Notes: generated by a model not told the origin, from the sequence alone. Counted from the first letter of the stretch, positions 9,824 to 23,438 are shown. The stretch is 64,000 nucleotides of DNA from an uncultured Colwellia sp. (GCA_913058145.1 CAJXQM010000013.1:6807-70806), one strand, 5' to 3'. Numbers and translations are program-made.

Positions 9824-11352
9824 TTAGACTAGATTTAACCACGTTAGCAACAGCCGCGAATGGGCAGTTACTTTGTGATGAATCACTGAATACAGTCACT
9901 ATCGACAATTTGATCACTGATTCACGTGCGTTGAAGTTAGAAGGTAAGTTGCCAGAAAAGAGCAAAGATGCTTTTTTAGCGCTTAAAGGGCCTAACTTTG
10001 ACGGTCATCGTTTTGCTCAACAAGTCGTTGATAACGGTTGTCAGGTGTTAATTGTTGATCATCAAATTGATGAGTTGAACACTAAGAATGTTGCGCAAAT
10101 CATTGTTGATGATACACGTATTGCTTTGGGTAAAATAGCCGCTTATGTGAAACAGCAAGTAGCGCCTAAAACCATTGGTATTACAGGTAGTAGTGGTAAA
10201 ACCACAGTAAAAGAAATGTTAGCAGCTATTTTATCTCGATTAGGTAAAGTATTAGCGACGAATGGAAATTTTAATAACGATATAGGTGTGCCCTTAACGT
10301 TACTGCGCTTAACGCAAAATGATGATTTTGCGGTAATAGAAATGGGCGCGAATCATATTGGTGAAATTGCTTATACTACAGAATTAGTTAAACCCGATGT
10401 TGCCATGATCAACAATATTGCTGCAGCACATTTAGAAGGTTTTGGTGATTTATGTGGTGTTGCGCGTGCTAAAGGTGAAATATTTTCTGGCTTAGCTGCG
10501 AATGGTATTGCGCTTTATAATCAAGACACAAAATATACAAGCAAATGGCAGTGGCGTTTAACAGATAAAAAAGTTCGCACATTTTCCTGTGCTAATACTA
10601 AATGTACTGATGTGGAGGAAAATGATGGCGCGGTGAACGCCGATTGTTATAGCCGTAACGTTTGTTTAGATGGCAACGGCTGTGCTAGTTTTGATTTACA
10701 AACATCCCTTGGTCACTGTGCAATAAAACTCATTGTGCCGGGTAGTCATAATGTTTGCAATGCTGTTGCTGCTGCGGCTGCAGCCATTGAATGCGGCGCA
10801 AGTTTACAAGATATTCGCCTGGGTTTAGCTGAAATGAAGCAAGTAAAAGGGCGATTGAACATTCACCATCTAGCAAATAAAAATTCAACTCAAAAAATAA
10901 AGCTAATTGATGATACTTATAATGCAAATGTGGAATCAATTAAAGCAGCAATTTCTTTATTAGCCACTTATTCAGGCAAACAAATATTAATTTTGGGTGA
11001 TATGGCTGAGCTTGGTAGTGAAGCACGTAGTTACCATCAAGACGTAGGTCTCTTTGCCAAAGAACAAGGAATTAATGTTTTACTTACTCTCGGTGTACTA
11101 AGCCAAAACACGAGTGATGCTTTTGCTCACAAGAATGAAGAAATGAGTTCACACTTTAGCGATCGTATAAAATTATCAGCATACTTATTTTCACTGCTCA
11201 CAGAAAAAAATCAAAACCAGGAATCCAATATTAATATTTTAGTTAAAGGCTCACGTAGCGCTCATATGGAACATGTCGTTGAAGATATAATTAGCTGGCA
11301 TACTAATCGTTATGAAAAAAACGCTTGCCACGTTTCTGAGGGTAATGCGTAA
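9820..11352 (+). CDS. murF: UDP-MurNAc-tripeptide--D-Ala-D-Ala ligase
   Basis: [33 protein letters not shown]. Confidence 0.97.
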   Translation: MIRLDLTTLATAANGQLLCDESLNTVTIDNLITDSRALKLEGKLPEKSKDAFLALKGPNFDGHRFAQQVVDNGCQVLIVDHQIDELNTKNVAQIIVDDTRIALGKIAAYVKQQVAPKTIGITGSSGKTTVKEMLAAILSRLGKVLATNGNFNNDIGVPLTLLRLTQNDDFAVIEMGANHIGEIAYTTELVKPDVAMINNIAAAHLEGFGDLCGVARAKGEIFSGLAANGIALYNQDTKYTSKWQWRLTDKKVRTFSCANTKCTDVEENDGAVNADCYSRNVCLDGNGCASFDLQTSLGHCAIKLIVPGSHNVCNAVAAAAAAIECGASLQDIRLGLAEMKQVKGRLNIHHLANKNSTQKIKLIDDTYNANVESIKAAISLLATYSGKQILILGDMAELGSEARSYHQDVGLFAKEQGINVLLTLGVLSQNTSDAFAHKNEEMSSHFSDRIKLSAYLFSLLTEKNQNQESNINILVKGSRSAHMEHVVEDIISWHTNRYEKNACHVSEGNA

Positions 11353-12431
11353 TGTTACACTGGTTAGCTGAATATTTAACACAATACTATAGTGCGTTTA
11401 ATGTTTTCTCTTACTTAACCGTTCGTGCAATTGTCAGTACGTTAACTGCGTTATTTATTTCTCTTTATTTTGGTCCTAAGTTAATTCGCTATCTGCAAAA
11501 AATGCAAATAGGGCAAACAGTTCGTAGTGATGGTCCTGAAAGTCATTTATCAAAATCGGGTACGCCAACGATGGGCGGTATTTTAATTTTAGCCGCGATT
11601 GTTCTTAGTGTATTACTGTGGGCCGATTTACATAATATTTATGTTTGGGTTGTACTGTTTGTGGTGGTAAGTTTTGGCGCAATTGGGTTTGTTGATGATT
11701 ATCGCAAAGTGATCCGAAAAGATTCTAATGGTTTAATCGCTAAGTGGAAATACTTCTGGCAAACCGTCGCTGGTTTAACCACAGCAATATTTTTATATCA
11801 AATATCACACCCAGAGCAAACATTTTTACTCATTCCGTTTATTAAAGACGTTATGCCACAATTGGGCATTTTTTATATTGTGATGACCTATTTTGTCATT
11901 GTAGGGACGAGTAATGCGGTTAATTTAACGGATGGTTTAGATGGCCTAGCGATAGTGCCAACTATTATGGTTGCCGGCGCTTTAGCGTTATTCGCTTATG
12001 TTACCGGTCATGTTAACTTTTCCAGTTATTTAAATATTCCTTATATCGCCATGACTTCAGAATTAGTGGTGTTTTGTACCGCCATTGTGGGTGCAGGTTT
12101 AGGTTTTTTATGGTTTAACACTTACCCGGCACAAGTTTTTATGGGCGATGTTGGCTCCTTAGCCTTAGGTGCTGCATTAGGGGTCATTGCTGTTTTAGTG
12201 AGGCAAGAATTAGTGCTCTTTATTATGGGCGGCGTTTTTGTTATGGAAACAGTTTCGGTAATTTTGCAAGTTGGCTCATATAAATTGCGTGGTCAGCGAA
12301 TTTTTCGTATGGCACCTATTCACCACCATTACGAATTAAAAGGTTGGCCTGAACCACGAGTCATTGTGCGCTTTTGGATCATCTCATTTATCTTAGTGTT
12401 GATTGGATTAGCAACACTGAAACTTCGCTAG
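11352..12431 (+). CDS. mraY: Phospho-MurNAc-pentapeptide transferase
   Basis: [37 protein letters not shown]. Confidence 0.99.
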   Translation: MLHWLAEYLTQYYSAFNVFSYLTVRAIVSTLTALFISLYFGPKLIRYLQKMQIGQTVRSDGPESHLSKSGTPTMGGILILAAIVLSVLLWADLHNIYVWVVLFVVVSFGAIGFVDDYRKVIRKDSNGLIAKWKYFWQTVAGLTTAIFLYQISHPEQTFLLIPFIKDVMPQLGIFYIVMTYFVIVGTSNAVNLTDGLDGLAIVPTIMVAGALALFAYVTGHVNFSSYLNIPYIAMTSELVVFCTAIVGAGLGFLWFNTYPAQVFMGDVGSLALGAALGVIAVLVRQELVLFIMGGVFVMETVSVILQVGSYKLRGQRIFRMAPIHHHYELKGWPEPRVIVRFWIISFILVLIGLATLKLR

Positions 12432-12485
12432 GCGAAGTCGGATTAAGTTTTGAGTTGCTAGTATCGAGCTAATAACCTTGAAATT

Positions 12486-12518
12486 AATAGTAAATAGTAA
12501 ATAGTAAATAGTAAAAAG
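12486..12518. repeat. Heptamer tandem repeat (TAAATAG) in the mraY-murD spacer
   Basis: Three perfect TAAATAG units at 12491-12511, plus partial AATAG before and TAAAAAG after. Confidence 0.85.
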
Positions 12519-12535
12519 TAAGAGAAAAGGTAAAA

Positions 12536-13969
12536 ATGACATTATTAACAGAGTTTAAAGATAAACAAATTCTAGTGCTAGGCGCTGGCATCACCGGCAT
12601 GTCTTGTGTTCGCTATCTTAGTGCTCAAGGTTTGTACTTTGCTGTTAATGATTCACGACCTCAACCTTTTTCTGCAAAATACAATGAACACCAATTTCGT
12701 GAAGAATTCTCTGGTGCTAGCTTACACTTAGGGCGATGGGACAGTGAATTAATTGCTAATGCGGATATTATTTTGATCAGCCCAGGTATTGATCGTGCAA
12801 TTAATGACATAGCACAATATATTTCAGCTGATTGTCTGGTTATGGGTGATGTTGAGCTATTTTGTCTACTGAATAACGAGCGTATTAATCAAGTGGATAG
12901 TAACCCGATTCAAATATTAGCGGTAACGGGGTCAAATGGTAAATCTACTGTAGTTTCATTACTTGCTTATTTAGCAAATAGTTTAGGGGTTAATGCTCAA
13001 CTTGGCGGTAACATAGGCCAGCCAGTCTTAGATATTTTCACCAAAGAAACAACGGGTGAAAACACTTGTTTACCCGCATTGTTAATTTTAGAACTATCGA
13101 GTTTTCAGCTAGAAACATTATGCAGTATGCAAGCGATCGCTACTAGTGTATTAAATGTTAGTGATGACCATCTCGATCGTCATCAGAGCATGGAAAATTA
13201 TCAATGTATTAAACAACGTATTTATCCTCAAGGTAAATTAGCCATTATTAACCGTGATGATAAAGGCACTAATGTTGTTAATAAATCTCAGCCCGTCCTT
13301 TCTTTTGGTAGTGATGTGCCTACTAAAAATCAGTTTGGCGTGACACAGATAAACGGTAAAGCGACATTAGCTTTTGCCGAGCAAAACTTAATCACGTTAA
13401 ATGAACTACCACTAGCAGGTATGCACAATGCGTTAAATTATTTAGCCGCTTTAGCCCTTGGTTATAGCGCGGGTTGGCCGCTAACGGCAATGGTGAATAG
13501 CTTGACTGGGTTTACTGGTTTAGCACATCGTTGTCAAAAAATTATCAGTGATGATGGTATTACTTGGATCAATGATTCAAAAGCGACTAATGTTGGCGCA
13601 ACTATCGCTGCAATTAATGGTTTAGCACAAATACTAACATCAAAAAATGGCGACAAACAAAAATTGATTTTAATTGCGGGTGGCGATGGTAAAGGCGCTG
13701 ATTTTACACCATTAATTGATCCATTAGCCGCACATGTTAGTCAGGTGATTACGCTAGGTAAAGATGGTGATAAAATTGCGAAATTAGCGCAGAAGGTTAA
13801 TAAGGTAACGAGCTTATTAGCCGCGGTAAAAAAAGCAAAGGTAATTGCTAAAACAGGTGATGTTGTCTTGTTATCTCCAGCTTGCGCTAGTTTAGATATG
13901 TTTAAAAACTTCAGTGACCGCGGTGAGCAATTTATTGCTGCTGTGACGAAAGTCACGGGAGCAAGTTAA
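12536..13969 (+). CDS. murD: UDP-MurNAc-L-Ala--D-Glu ligase
   Basis: [35 protein letters not shown]. Confidence 0.98.
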   Translation: MTLLTEFKDKQILVLGAGITGMSCVRYLSAQGLYFAVNDSRPQPFSAKYNEHQFREEFSGASLHLGRWDSELIANADIILISPGIDRAINDIAQYISADCLVMGDVELFCLLNNERINQVDSNPIQILAVTGSNGKSTVVSLLAYLANSLGVNAQLGGNIGQPVLDIFTKETTGENTCLPALLILELSSFQLETLCSMQAIATSVLNVSDDHLDRHQSMENYQCIKQRIYPQGKLAIINRDDKGTNVVNKSQPVLSFGSDVPTKNQFGVTQINGKATLAFAEQNLITLNELPLAGMHNALNYLAALALGYSAGWPLTAMVNSLTGFTGLAHRCQKIISDDGITWINDSKATNVGATIAAINGLAQILTSKNGDKQKLILIAGGDGKGADFTPLIDPLAAHVSQVITLGKDGDKIAKLAQKVNKVTSLLAAVKKAKVIAKTGDVVLLSPACASLDMFKNFSDRGEQFIAAVTKVTGAS

Positions 13970-15249
13970 TGACTACATCAACCTCTAGCACTGAAAGCCA
14001 AATGCAATTGCCTTTTTTTCAAAAAATGAGAGGCAGCTTAGCTAACAAGTTCACTACACTTAATAAATTTAGTTTACCCAGTGTAAACAATGACAGGACC
14101 GTTTTTGATCGTACCTTTATTGTGATAGCGCTAGTTATGTATATGATTGGCTTGGTCATGGTTGCAAGCTCTTCAATGCCTGTGGCAGAGCGCTTGTTTA
14201 ATAATCCTTTTCACTTTGTTATTCGTCATGCCATATATATCGTTTTAAGTTTAGGTGTCGCCGGAGTCGCGTTACAAATACCAATGGCTTGGTGGCAAAA
14301 AAATAGTAGTTACCTCTTAATGTTTGGCATATTTTTGTTGGTCACTGTTTTGCTTATTGGGCGCTCGGTTAATGGTTCAACGCGTTGGATTGTACTGGGC
14401 CCTATTACGGTACAAGCAGCAGAGCCCGCGAAGTTATTTTTCTTTTGCTATTTAGCCGCTTATTTAGTGCGCCGCCGCGACCAAGTCATGGAAGATTGGC
14501 GAGGTTTTGCTAAGCCTTTAGTTGTGTTTGCTATCTTAGCTGGCTTGTTATTAAGGCAACCTGATTTAGGCACCATTATTGTGATGTTTGTTACTACGTT
14601 TGGTTTGTTGTTTTTAGCGGGTGCGAAACTTTGGCAATTTATTAGCTTGGCATCAGTCGGTGTTATTCTTTTATCTATGTTAGCTGTGTTTGAACCTTAT
14701 CGCTGGCGTCGTATTACTAGTTTTTTAGATCCATGGCAAGATCCTTTTGGTAGTGGCTACCAGTTAACTCAGTCACTTATGGCGTATGGTCGAGGTGAGA
14801 TTTTTGGTCAGGGTTTAGGAAATAGCATTCAAAAGTTAGAATATTTACCTGAAGCACATACCGATTTTGTGATGGCAGTGTTAGCAGAAGAGATGGGCTT
14901 TATCGGTATAGCCTTTATTTTGTTATTGAGCATGGTGTTGGTCTTTAAAGCGTTAATGTTAGGAAAAAAAGCACTCGCTAAAGAGAAGTTTTTTGAAGGT
15001 TTTTTCGCGTATGCTATTGGTATTTGGGTCTGTTTTCAGGCGGCAGTAAATGTTGGCGCCAGTGCCGGTATAGTGCCGACTAAAGGCTTAACTATGCCAC
15101 TGATAAGTTATGGTGGTAGTTCTATGATTATCATGACACTTGCGGTGGTTATTTTAATTCGTATCGATCACGAACTGCGCATGCAAAGTATTCAAGCAAC
15201 CTCAGCGAAAAGTAAAGAAAAAAGCGTGGGAGAGATAAATGACCAATAA
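13969..15249 (+). CDS. ftsW: SEDS peptidoglycan polymerase FtsW
   Basis: [36 protein letters not shown]. Confidence 0.98.
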   Translation: MTTSTSSTESQMQLPFFQKMRGSLANKFTTLNKFSLPSVNNDRTVFDRTFIVIALVMYMIGLVMVASSSMPVAERLFNNPFHFVIRHAIYIVLSLGVAGVALQIPMAWWQKNSSYLLMFGIFLLVTVLLIGRSVNGSTRWIVLGPITVQAAEPAKLFFFCYLAAYLVRRRDQVMEDWRGFAKPLVVFAILAGLLLRQPDLGTIIVMFVTTFGLLFLAGAKLWQFISLASVGVILLSMLAVFEPYRWRRITSFLDPWQDPFGSGYQLTQSLMAYGRGEIFGQGLGNSIQKLEYLPEAHTDFVMAVLAEEMGFIGIAFILLLSMVLVFKALMLGKKALAKEKFFEGFFAYAIGIWVCFQAAVNVGASAGIVPTKGLTMPLISYGGSSMIIMTLAVVILIRIDHELRMQSIQATSAKSKEKSVGEINDQ

Positions 15250-16393
15250 CACTCGTACTCCTAAGGCTTTAACATTGCTAGTGATGGCAGGAGGAACCGG
15301 TGGTCACATATTTCCGGGGCTTGCCGTAGCAGATAAATTAAAAAGTGAAGGTTGGCATATTCATTGGTTAGGTACGGCTGATCGTATGGAAGCTGACATT
15401 GTGCCTAAGCATGGTTATGATATTTCTTTTATAAATATTAGTGGTCTACGTCATAAAAACTTTGTCGCTTGGTTGAAATTACCGTTTAAATTAGTGAACT
15501 CATTGTTACAAGCATTCAGTGTTATTAACACCATAAAACCTGATGTGGTTTTAGGTATGGGGGGATATGCCAGTGCCCCTGGTGGTTTAGCCGCGTGGTT
15601 AATGAGAAAACCTTTAATCGTACATGAACAAAATGCCGCTGCAGGATTAACTAATCGACTGTTAGCGCGCATTGCCACTAAAGTATGTTGCGCTTTTCCA
15701 GATGCTTTTAAAAGTAATATTACTGTAGAAGTGGTGGGTAACCCTTTGAGAGCAAGTATTGGCGAGTATGTAGAACATCAACTAGAACATAACATTAGTG
15801 AAGACACGGCTAAAAAAAGTCATAATATTTTGGTCGTGGGGGGCAGTTTAGGAGCACAGGTCTTAAATCAAATCGTACCCATAAGTTTTACTCAATTGGA
15901 CCACAAAACGAGCAGCATTAAAGGTAAATTACCATTTAAACTATGGCATCAAACAGGTAAAGGTAAACAAAAAGAAGTGATTGAAGCGTATAACCAACAA
16001 TATATAGCTAATGAGCAGGTGCGGGTGACAGAGTTTATTGAGGATATCGCTACGGCATATCAATGGGCTGATATTGTTATTTGTAGAGCAGGAGCATTAA
16101 CGGTATCTGAACTAGCGATGGCAGCAACGCCCGCTATTTTTATACCTTTGCCTCACGCAGTTGATGATCACCAAGTAAAAAATGCTCAATACTTAGCTTC
16201 TCATGGAGGTGCCATTTTAGTTAAGCAAAATGACTTAACGAGTCACAGCTTAACTAAATTATTAAGTGAATTATTCAGTGAATCTCAAATTTTAAATAAT
16301 ATGGCGCAGTCGGCTTTTACCGCTGCGGATATTAATGCAACGGATAAAGTTGCCAGCCTTTGTCAGAAATTAGTATGCAGCAATAAGAACTAA
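15239..16393 (+). CDS. murG: Lipid II GlcNAc transferase
   Basis: [29 protein letters not shown]. Confidence 0.98.
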   Translation: MTNNTRTPKALTLLVMAGGTGGHIFPGLAVADKLKSEGWHIHWLGTADRMEADIVPKHGYDISFINISGLRHKNFVAWLKLPFKLVNSLLQAFSVINTIKPDVVLGMGGYASAPGGLAAWLMRKPLIVHEQNAAAGLTNRLLARIATKVCCAFPDAFKSNITVEVVGNPLRASIGEYVEHQLEHNISEDTAKKSHNILVVGGSLGAQVLNQIVPISFTQLDHKTSSIKGKLPFKLWHQTGKGKQKEVIEAYNQQYIANEQVRVTEFIEDIATAYQWADIVICRAGALTVSELAMAATPAIFIPLPHAVDDHQVKNAQYLASHGGAILVKQNDLTSHSLTKLLSELFSESQILNNMAQSAFTAADINATDKVASLCQKLVCSNKN

Positions 16394-16428
16394 ATAGAGA
16401 AAATGAGTAATAACATGAGCCAAAAACA

Positions 16429-17883
16429 ATGAATCAAAACGCAATAAACCAAAACACGATGAAGACGCGTAATGTTAAAGTACCCGAAATGCGCCGAGTG
16501 AAACGGATCCACTTCGTTGGCATCGGTGGCGCTGGCATGGGTGGTATTGCCGAAGTGTTATTGAATGAAGGGTATCAAATTTCTGGCTCAGATATTGGTG
16601 AAAACGACGTGGTCAAACGTCTCGCTAAATTTGGTGCGGATATTACTATTGGCCATGCAAGTAAAAATGTTGTTGGCGCGAGTGTTATCGTGGTTTCAAC
16701 AGCTATCGATCAGAATAATCCTGAAATAATAGCGGCAAAGGCTGAACGTATTCCCATTGTTCGTCGTGCAGAAATGTTAGCCGAATTGATGCGTTTTCGT
16801 CATGGTATTGCAATTGCCGGTACCCACGGAAAAACCACTACCACGAGTTTGATTGCCAGTATATTCGCAAAAGGACAACTAGACCCTACTTTTGTTATTG
16901 GGGGCTTACTCAATAGTGCAGGAACTAATGCCAGGTTAGGTAGTAGCCGATATTTGGTCGCGGAAGCAGATGAAAGTGATGCATCATTTTTGCACTTACA
17001 GCCCATGGTCTCAGTTATTACCAATATTGATGAAGATCATATGGAAACTTATCAAGGTGATTTTGAAAAGCTCAAAGACACTTATATTGAGTTTTTACAT
17101 AATTTACCCTTTTACGGTTTAGCTGTGGTGTGTATTGATAACCCGGTAGTTCGTGAATTATTACCACGTATTAGCCGACAAGTGATTACCTATGGTTTTT
17201 CTGAAGATGCTGACATACGTGCGGTTAATTATCAGCAAGAGGGTGGTGTGAGTTACTTCACTGTAGAAATAGAGAGTCAATCTCCGCTTAAAATGAGTGT
17301 GAATTTACCCGGACAGCACAATGTGCTTAATGCACTTGCGGGTGTAGCGGTTGCTAAAGATGAAGGAATAAACGACGAAGCTATTTGCCAAGCCTTAGCG
17401 GAATTTGAGGGTATAGGCCGTCGTTTTGAACAGCTTGGTCAATTAACTACTGAAGCCGGTAATATGGTACTAGTTGATGATTATGGTCATCATCCAAGTG
17501 AAGTTAAAGCCACTATTTTAGCGATGCGAGCAGGTTGGCCAGATAAACGATTGGTGATGATTTTTCAACCGCATCGTTATTCACGTATGCGTGATTTATA
17601 CGAAGACTTTGTTGAAGTGTTATCAGAAGTCGATTGCCTGTTTTTATTAGATGTTTATTCTGCGGGCGAAGCGCCAATCGTTTCAGCCGATAGTAAAAGC
17701 TTAACTCGTTCAATTCGAAATAGAGGTCAAATTGAACCTATTTACGTCAGTGATGTTGAGATGTTGCCAACGTTACTTGCTGCACAGTTGCAAGATAACG
17801 ATATGGTTATTACTCAAGGTGCGGGCAATATTGGTGTTGTAGCACGAGACCTATGCTCAAACTCGTTATTGCAAATACAGTAG
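16429..17883 (+). CDS. murC: UDP-MurNAc--L-Ala ligase
   Basis: [30 protein letters not shown]. Confidence 0.98.
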   Translation: MNQNAINQNTMKTRNVKVPEMRRVKRIHFVGIGGAGMGGIAEVLLNEGYQISGSDIGENDVVKRLAKFGADITIGHASKNVVGASVIVVSTAIDQNNPEIIAAKAERIPIVRRAEMLAELMRFRHGIAIAGTHGKTTTTSLIASIFAKGQLDPTFVIGGLLNSAGTNARLGSSRYLVAEADESDASFLHLQPMVSVITNIDEDHMETYQGDFEKLKDTYIEFLHNLPFYGLAVVCIDNPVVRELLPRISRQVITYGFSEDADIRAVNYQQEGGVSYFTVEIESQSPLKMSVNLPGQHNVLNALAGVAVAKDEGINDEAICQALAEFEGIGRRFEQLGQLTTEAGNMVLVDDYGHHPSEVKATILAMRAGWPDKRLVMIFQPHRYSRMRDLYEDFVEVLSEVDCLFLLDVYSAGEAPIVSADSKSLTRSIRNRGQIEPIYVSDVEMLPTLLAAQLQDNDMVITQGAGNIGVVARDLCSNSLLQIQ

Positions 17884-17891
17884 GTAAAGAA

Positions 17892-18845
17892 ATGTCAATG
17901 TCTCAAAAAACAATAAAATTAGCTGAATTAAAGCAAGCAATACTAGCGGTACTTTATGGTGGTAATTCAGCTGAACGCGATGTATCACTCAACTCAGGCA
18001 AAGCGATTGCACAAGGGTTAGAGCAAGCAGGTTTTACTGTACGGTTAATTGATACTAAAGAGGTGCCATTAACCACCTTGGTTAGTCAAAACATAAAGCA
18101 TGCGTTTATCGCTTTACACGGACGTGGTGGTGAAGATGGTTGTTTGCAGGGTGCATTAGAGTCATTAGGCATCAGTTATACCGGCTCCAATGTTTTAGGC
18201 TCGGCTTTATCCATGGATAAAGTGCGTAGCAAACAAATATTTAAAGCTTGCGGTATACCCACTGCTGATTTTTCTGTGGTAACTAAAGCAGATTTTTGTG
18301 AGTTGAATATTGAGCAACAACTCAATGCACTTGGCGGTAAAGTCATGGTTAAACCGGCTCATGAAGGGTCGAGTATAGGTATGGCAATGGCAGATTCGCC
18401 GGAGAAGTTAGATAACGCCTTAGTTGACGCTTTTGGTTTTGACGGTGATGTTTTAGTTGAAGCATGGATTGATGGACCTGAGTATACCGTCGCAATTCTA
18501 GGTGATGAAGCACTGCCCGCAATACATATGGAAACACCACGAGAGTTTTATGATTATGAAGCTAAATATAAGTCAACGAGTACTCAATATCATTGTCCTT
18601 GTGGGTTAAGTGAAAAAGAAGAATTGTATATTAAAGGGCTTTCACTAAAAGCATTCAAAGCAACGGGTGCAAGTGGTTGGGGACGTGTCGATTTAATGAA
18701 AGACAGCGAAGGGCATTGGCAAGTATTGGAGGTTAATACTGTGCCTGGAATGACACAAACGTCATTAGTGCCAAAAGCGGCGAAAGTACATGGTTTAACC
18801 TTTAGCGAATTGGTTGAACGCATTGTTGTATTAAGTATTAATTAA
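17892..18845 (+). CDS. ddl: D-Ala--D-Ala ligase; start probably 17892 or 17898
   Basis: [38 protein letters not shown]. Confidence 0.97.
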   Translation: MSMSQKTIKLAELKQAILAVLYGGNSAERDVSLNSGKAIAQGLEQAGFTVRLIDTKEVPLTTLVSQNIKHAFIALHGRGGEDGCLQGALESLGISYTGSNVLGSALSMDKVRSKQIFKACGIPTADFSVVTKADFCELNIEQQLNALGGKVMVKPAHEGSSIGMAMADSPEKLDNALVDAFGFDGDVLVEAWIDGPEYTVAILGDEALPAIHMETPREFYDYEAKYKSTSTQYHCPCGLSEKEELYIKGLSLKAFKATGASGWGRVDLMKDSEGHWQVLEVNTVPGMTQTSLVPKAAKVHGLTFSELVERIVVLSIN

Positions 18846-18873
18846 CATGGCTTGGGATTTATTCCAATAAAAT

Positions 18874-19743
18874 ATGAAAAATAAGCAACCCATTTCAGTG
18901 AATCAACAAGCATTATCGTTTGGCCTTGGCTTGGCGTTTTTCTTGTGTGTGCTTATTAGTTTGATCAGTCTTGCTTGGTGGTTGACGAACGAGTTGATGG
19001 ATCAAGAGAATTTACCCGTGAATTCAGTGGTGATAAGTGGTGAGATGCCTTATACCAAACGTACAGATATATTGACTGCGATGAACAATATTAACTTAGG
19101 TAACTTCTTTCAAGTTGATGTCAATGAGATCCAAAGTCAAATTTCTGTTTTACCTTGGGTTTATTCTGTTGCAGTAAGAAAACAATGGCCTAATGAAGTT
19201 AAAATTTATGTTGTCGATCAAACGCCTGTAGCTTTATGGAATGGTGATTTTCTATTGAATCAGTTTGGCAAGGCGTTTCAAGCGGACAATAGAAAACTAA
19301 CACAAGCTTTACCACAATTTTTTGGTCCAGAAGGTAGCGAGTTATTAGCGTTAGAGAATTTTACTAATTTAAACGACTTACTTGAGTATAGAAATTTAGC
19401 GATTGATGAGCTTGTGCTTAGCGAGCGTTTTTCATGGCAACTTACCTTGGATGACGGTGTTATGTTGAATTTAGGCCGCGAAGAACGCGTAAAACGCGTG
19501 CAAAGATTTATGGATGTGTACCCTTTTATTAAAACTCACTTAGAAGATCAATCAAAACAGCAAAATAATCATAAAAAACAGTTAAAACAAGCGGTGGATT
19601 ATATTGATTTACGGTATGATACAGGATTGGCAGTTGGCTGGAAATCAGCAGCTAACTTACCCTTAAGTAAGAAATTACAAACCCAACAAAAAACCAGCGA
19701 CATATTTATGCGACTAACAAAAGAGTTCACCCTTAATGTCTAA
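18874..19743 (+). CDS. ftsQ: Cell division protein FtsQ
   Basis: TM segment, POTRA region (LPWV..VRKQWP), YIDLRYDTGLAVGW. Confidence 0.95.
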   Translation: MKNKQPISVNQQALSFGLGLAFFLCVLISLISLAWWLTNELMDQENLPVNSVVISGEMPYTKRTDILTAMNNINLGNFFQVDVNEIQSQISVLPWVYSVAVRKQWPNEVKIYVVDQTPVALWNGDFLLNQFGKAFQADNRKLTQALPQFFGPEGSELLALENFTNLNDLLEYRNLAIDELVLSERFSWQLTLDDGVMLNLGREERVKRVQRFMDVYPFIKTHLEDQSKQQNNHKKQLKQAVDYIDLRYDTGLAVGWKSAANLPLSKKLQTQQKTSDIFMRLTKEFTLNV

Positions 19744-20971
19744 AATTACAGAAAGAAATTTAGTCGTAGGATTAGATATTGGCACATCAAAAATTTCCGT
19801 CGCGGTTGGCGAAATCACGCCTGATAATCAATTAAGTATTGTTGGTGTTGGTAATCAACCTGCACGTGGTATGGACAAAGGTGGCGTTAATGATTTGAAT
19901 TTAGTTATTCAATCTGTGCAACGTGCTATTAACGAAGCTGAATTGATGGCTGACTACCAAATTAGTTCAATTTATTTGGGTATTTCAGGGAAGCACATCA
20001 GTTGTCAAAATGAAAATGGCATGGTGCCTATTAACGACAAAGAAGTTACCCAAGAAGACGTTGACAATGTTATTCATACTGCACGCAGTGTCCCTATTTC
20101 AGCTGAACGTCGTATGTTACATGTGTTGCCACAAGAATTTAGTATCGACTGCCAAGATGGCATTAAAAGCCCCATAGGTATGTCGGGCGTTCGTATGGAA
20201 GCTAAAGTACATATTGTAACGTGTGCTAATGACATGGCTAAAAATTTAGTTAAATGTGTTGAACGTTGCAATTTAAATGCAGACAACCTTATTTTTTCTG
20301 CCTTAGCGTCAAGCTACTCGATATTAACGGATGATGAAAAAGAGCTTGGTATTTGTGTGATTGATATGGGTGCAGGTACGATGGATATTTCAATATTCAT
20401 TGGTGGCGCACTGCGTCATACAGCGGTTATTCCTGTTGCAGGAAATCAAGTGACGAGTGATATAGCGAAAATTTTTCGTACACCATTAAGCCATGCGGAA
20501 GATATTAAAGTGCAATATGCATGCGCTTTAAGACATTTAGTTAGCATGGAAGAAAGTATTGAAGTACCTAGTGTTGGTGGTCGTCCGGCTCGTACTATGT
20601 CGCGCCATACGTTATCTGAAGTGGTTGAACCCAGATATCAGGAATTATTTGAATTAATTCAAGAAGAAGTTCGTGAAGCCGGTTTAGAAGATCAAATTGC
20701 TGCTGGCTATGTCTTAACTGGCGGGACAGCAAAAATGGAAGGTGTGGTGGAGTTTGCCGAAGAAGTCTTTCAAATGCCAGTACGAATAGCGTCACCGTTA
20801 GCAGTACAAGGTCTAAAAGAATATGTAGATGATCCACGTTATGCCACAGTTGTTGGTTTATTGCATTACGGTATGCAAGCGCATAAGTCAGGCACTCAAG
20901 AAAATAAAAGTTCTGCAGGTGTAATTGGACTGTGGTCAAGGTTACATGCTTGGTTTAAAGGTGAATTTTAA
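19736..20971 (+). CDS. ftsA: Cell division protein FtsA
   Basis: VGLDIGTSKI, DMGAGT, VLTGG actin-fold motifs; C-terminal amphipathic helix. Confidence 0.99.
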   Translation: MSKITERNLVVGLDIGTSKISVAVGEITPDNQLSIVGVGNQPARGMDKGGVNDLNLVIQSVQRAINEAELMADYQISSIYLGISGKHISCQNENGMVPINDKEVTQEDVDNVIHTARSVPISAERRMLHVLPQEFSIDCQDGIKSPIGMSGVRMEAKVHIVTCANDMAKNLVKCVERCNLNADNLIFSALASSYSILTDDEKELGICVIDMGAGTMDISIFIGGALRHTAVIPVAGNQVTSDIAKIFRTPLSHAEDIKVQYACALRHLVSMEESIEVPSVGGRPARTMSRHTLSEVVEPRYQELFELIQEEVREAGLEDQIAAGYVLTGGTAKMEGVVEFAEEVFQMPVRIASPLAVQGLKEYVDDPRYATVVGLLHYGMQAHKSGTQENKSSAGVIGLWSRLHAWFKGEF

Positions 20972-21054
20972 CTTATTTTAAAAATGTGGTTAAGTAAAAA
21001 TTTTTATAGGTCAGAATTTATTCTGACACATTTAATAAAAAACGGAGAGAGAAA

Positions 21055-22215
21055 ATGTTTGAATTAATGGAAGACCATAATGAAGAAGCCATTATAAAGG
21101 TCATTGGTGTTGGCGGTGGTGGCGGCAACGCTGTAGAACACATGGTAACTCAAACCATTGAAGGTGTAGAGTTTATTACAGCGAATACTGATTCACAGGC
21201 ACTGCGTAATTCATCAGCTAATGTCACTTTACAATTAGGTGCAGATGTAACCAAAGGTTTAGGTGCGGGCGCTAACCCTAATATTGGCCGTCAAGCAGCA
21301 GAAGAAGATCGCGAAACTATTATGCAAACGCTTAAGGGTGCAGATATGATCTTTATCGCCGCAGGTATGGGGGGGGGTACAGGTACAGGAGCTGCGCCTG
21401 TTGTTGCTGAAATAGCGAAAGAAATGGGTATACTAACGGTTGCCGTTGTGACTAAACCCTTTCCATTCGAAGGAAAAAAACGCATGAGTTATGCTGACCA
21501 AGGAATTGAGGCGTTAGCCAAAAGTGTTGATTCACTGATCACGATTCCTAACGAAAAACTGTTAAAAGTACTTGGTCCAGGAACAAGTTTATTAGACGCT
21601 TTTAAAGCAGCCAATAATGTTTTATTAGGTGCAGTGCAAGGTATTGCAGAGTTAATTACTCGACCGGGTTTAATAAACGTCGATTTTGCTGATGTACGTA
21701 CAGTAATGTCAGAAATGGGTACTGCGATGATGGGATCGGGTATTGCTTCAGGTCCAGACCGTGCAGAAGAAGCAGCAGAATCTGCAATTTCTAGCCCTTT
21801 ACTTGAAGATGTTGACTTAGCCGGCGCACGCGGTATTTTAGTTAATATTACGGCCGGTATGGATATTAGCATTGATGAATTTGAAACGGTTGGTAATGCG
21901 GTAAAAGCGTTTGCCAGTGAAAATGCTACGGTAGTTGTTGGTGCAGTTATTGACCCTGAAATGACAGAAGAGCTTCGCGTAACGGTTGTTGCTACAGGTA
22001 TTGGCGCAGAAATTAAACCAGATATTACATTGGTTAACCCTATCCCTATGGTTGAGCCAAGAGTTGTTGGTGGTGATTATACGCCAGCAGCACCACAAGT
22101 AGATATGGCTGCAGAGCCCATTGCAATGACAGACAGTAATGTTCAAAAAGTTGCGCATGCAGATTTAGATAATTATTTAGATATCCCTGCATTTTTACGT
22201 AAGCAAGCTGACTAA
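21055..22215 (+). CDS. ftsZ: Cell division protein FtsZ
   Basis: GVGGGGGN, GMGGGTGTG tubulin signature, C-terminal LDIPAFLRKQAD. Confidence 0.99.
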   Translation: MFELMEDHNEEAIIKVIGVGGGGGNAVEHMVTQTIEGVEFITANTDSQALRNSSANVTLQLGADVTKGLGAGANPNIGRQAAEEDRETIMQTLKGADMIFIAAGMGGGTGTGAAPVVAEIAKEMGILTVAVVTKPFPFEGKKRMSYADQGIEALAKSVDSLITIPNEKLLKVLGPGTSLLDAFKAANNVLLGAVQGIAELITRPGLINVDFADVRTVMSEMGTAMMGSGIASGPDRAEEAAESAISSPLLEDVDLAGARGILVNITAGMDISIDEFETVGNAVKAFASENATVVVGAVIDPEMTEELRVTVVATGIGAEIKPDITLVNPIPMVEPRVVGGDYTPAAPQVDMAAEPIAMTDSNVQKVAHADLDNYLDIPAFLRKQAD

Positions 22216-22464
22216 ATTGCCAATAACTCGATTGATATTAGAAATTTATATGAGCCAGTAATGGGTTGCTAAGTATAAAAAAATGATAGTAACAAGTAGT
22301 GATTTTTGATTTTACTCGCTATTTTTGTTATATTACGTCAGCTAAAAAAGCATACCTGTCAAGTTGGGTAATTTAGCTAGGTCATTATCTTATTCTTAAG
22401 TGTAACGTTTAAATGTAAGTGACAGAAACAAAAAGCAATATATAAGTAGAGAAACGAGGCTAAT

Positions 22465-23385
22465 ATGATTAAGCAACGTACATTAAAAACAAGCGTTTCA
22501 ACCTTAGGTGTTGGATTACATAAAGGTGAAAAGGTACAGGTTACTCTCCGTCCTGCGCCAGCAAACACCGGTATTGTCTTTCGTCGTGTTGATCTTGACC
22601 CAGTGGTTGATATCAAAGCGACGCCTGAAGCTGTGGGTGAAACAACCTTATGTACTTGTTTAGTTAACGATCAATTAGTAAAAATCTCTACCGTAGAGCA
22701 TTTATTATCAGCAGTCGCTGGCCTAGGTATTGATAATTTAATTATTGATGTTGATGCCCCTGAAATACCTATTATGGATGGTAGTGCCTTACCTTTTGTT
22801 TACTTGATTCAGTCTGTTGGTATTGAAACACAAAATGTAGCCAAGCGCTTTATCCGTATTAAAAAAGCAATTCGTGTGGAAGAAGGTGATAAATGGGCTG
22901 AGTTACTCCCTTATGAAGGTTTTAGAGTTAACTTTGCTATTGAATTCGATCACCCTGTTATTGCTAATACCTGCCAAACGATGAGTATGGATTTCTCTAG
23001 CTGTTCTTTTATTAAAGAGATCAGTCGGGCTCGTACTTTTGGTTTTATGAAAGATATTGATTTCCTCCGTTCTCATAATCTTGCTTTAGGTGGTAGTTTA
23101 GAGAATGCGATAGTACTTGATGAATATCGTATGTTGAATAAAAATGAATTACGCTACGATGATGAATTTGTGAAGCATAAAATACTTGATGCCATTGGCG
23201 ACCTATATATGGGCAGTGCAAGTATATTAGGCGAGTTAAATGCGTTTAAATCAGGTCATGGCTTGAACAACATGTTGCTTAGAGAAGTATTCAAACAAAA
23301 AAATTCATGGGAATGGGTGACTTATGAAGGTGATAAGGCATCTGCACCTATAGAATATCAAGAGGTTAATACTGCAGTTTTTTGA
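22465..23385 (+). CDS. lpxC: UDP-3-O-acyl-GlcNAc deacetylase
   Basis: [30 protein letters not shown]. Confidence 0.99.
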   Translation: MIKQRTLKTSVSTLGVGLHKGEKVQVTLRPAPANTGIVFRRVDLDPVVDIKATPEAVGETTLCTCLVNDQLVKISTVEHLLSAVAGLGIDNLIIDVDAPEIPIMDGSALPFVYLIQSVGIETQNVAKRFIRIKKAIRVEEGDKWAELLPYEGFRVNFAIEFDHPVIANTCQTMSMDFSSCSFIKEISRARTFGFMKDIDFLRSHNLALGGSLENAIVLDEYRMLNKNELRYDDEFVKHKILDAIGDLYMGSASILGELNAFKSGHGLNNMLLREVFKQKNSWEWVTYEGDKASAPIEYQEVNTAVF

Positions 23386-23408
23386 TTTAACGATACACCT
23401 TTATTAAC

Positions 23409-23438
23409 AAAAAACCGAGCACTGACTCGGTTTTTTTT
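23409..23438. terminator. Bidirectional intrinsic terminator (lpxC / dciA)
   Basis: AAAAAACCGAG-cactga-CTCGGTTTTTTTT between convergent genes. Confidence 0.9.
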
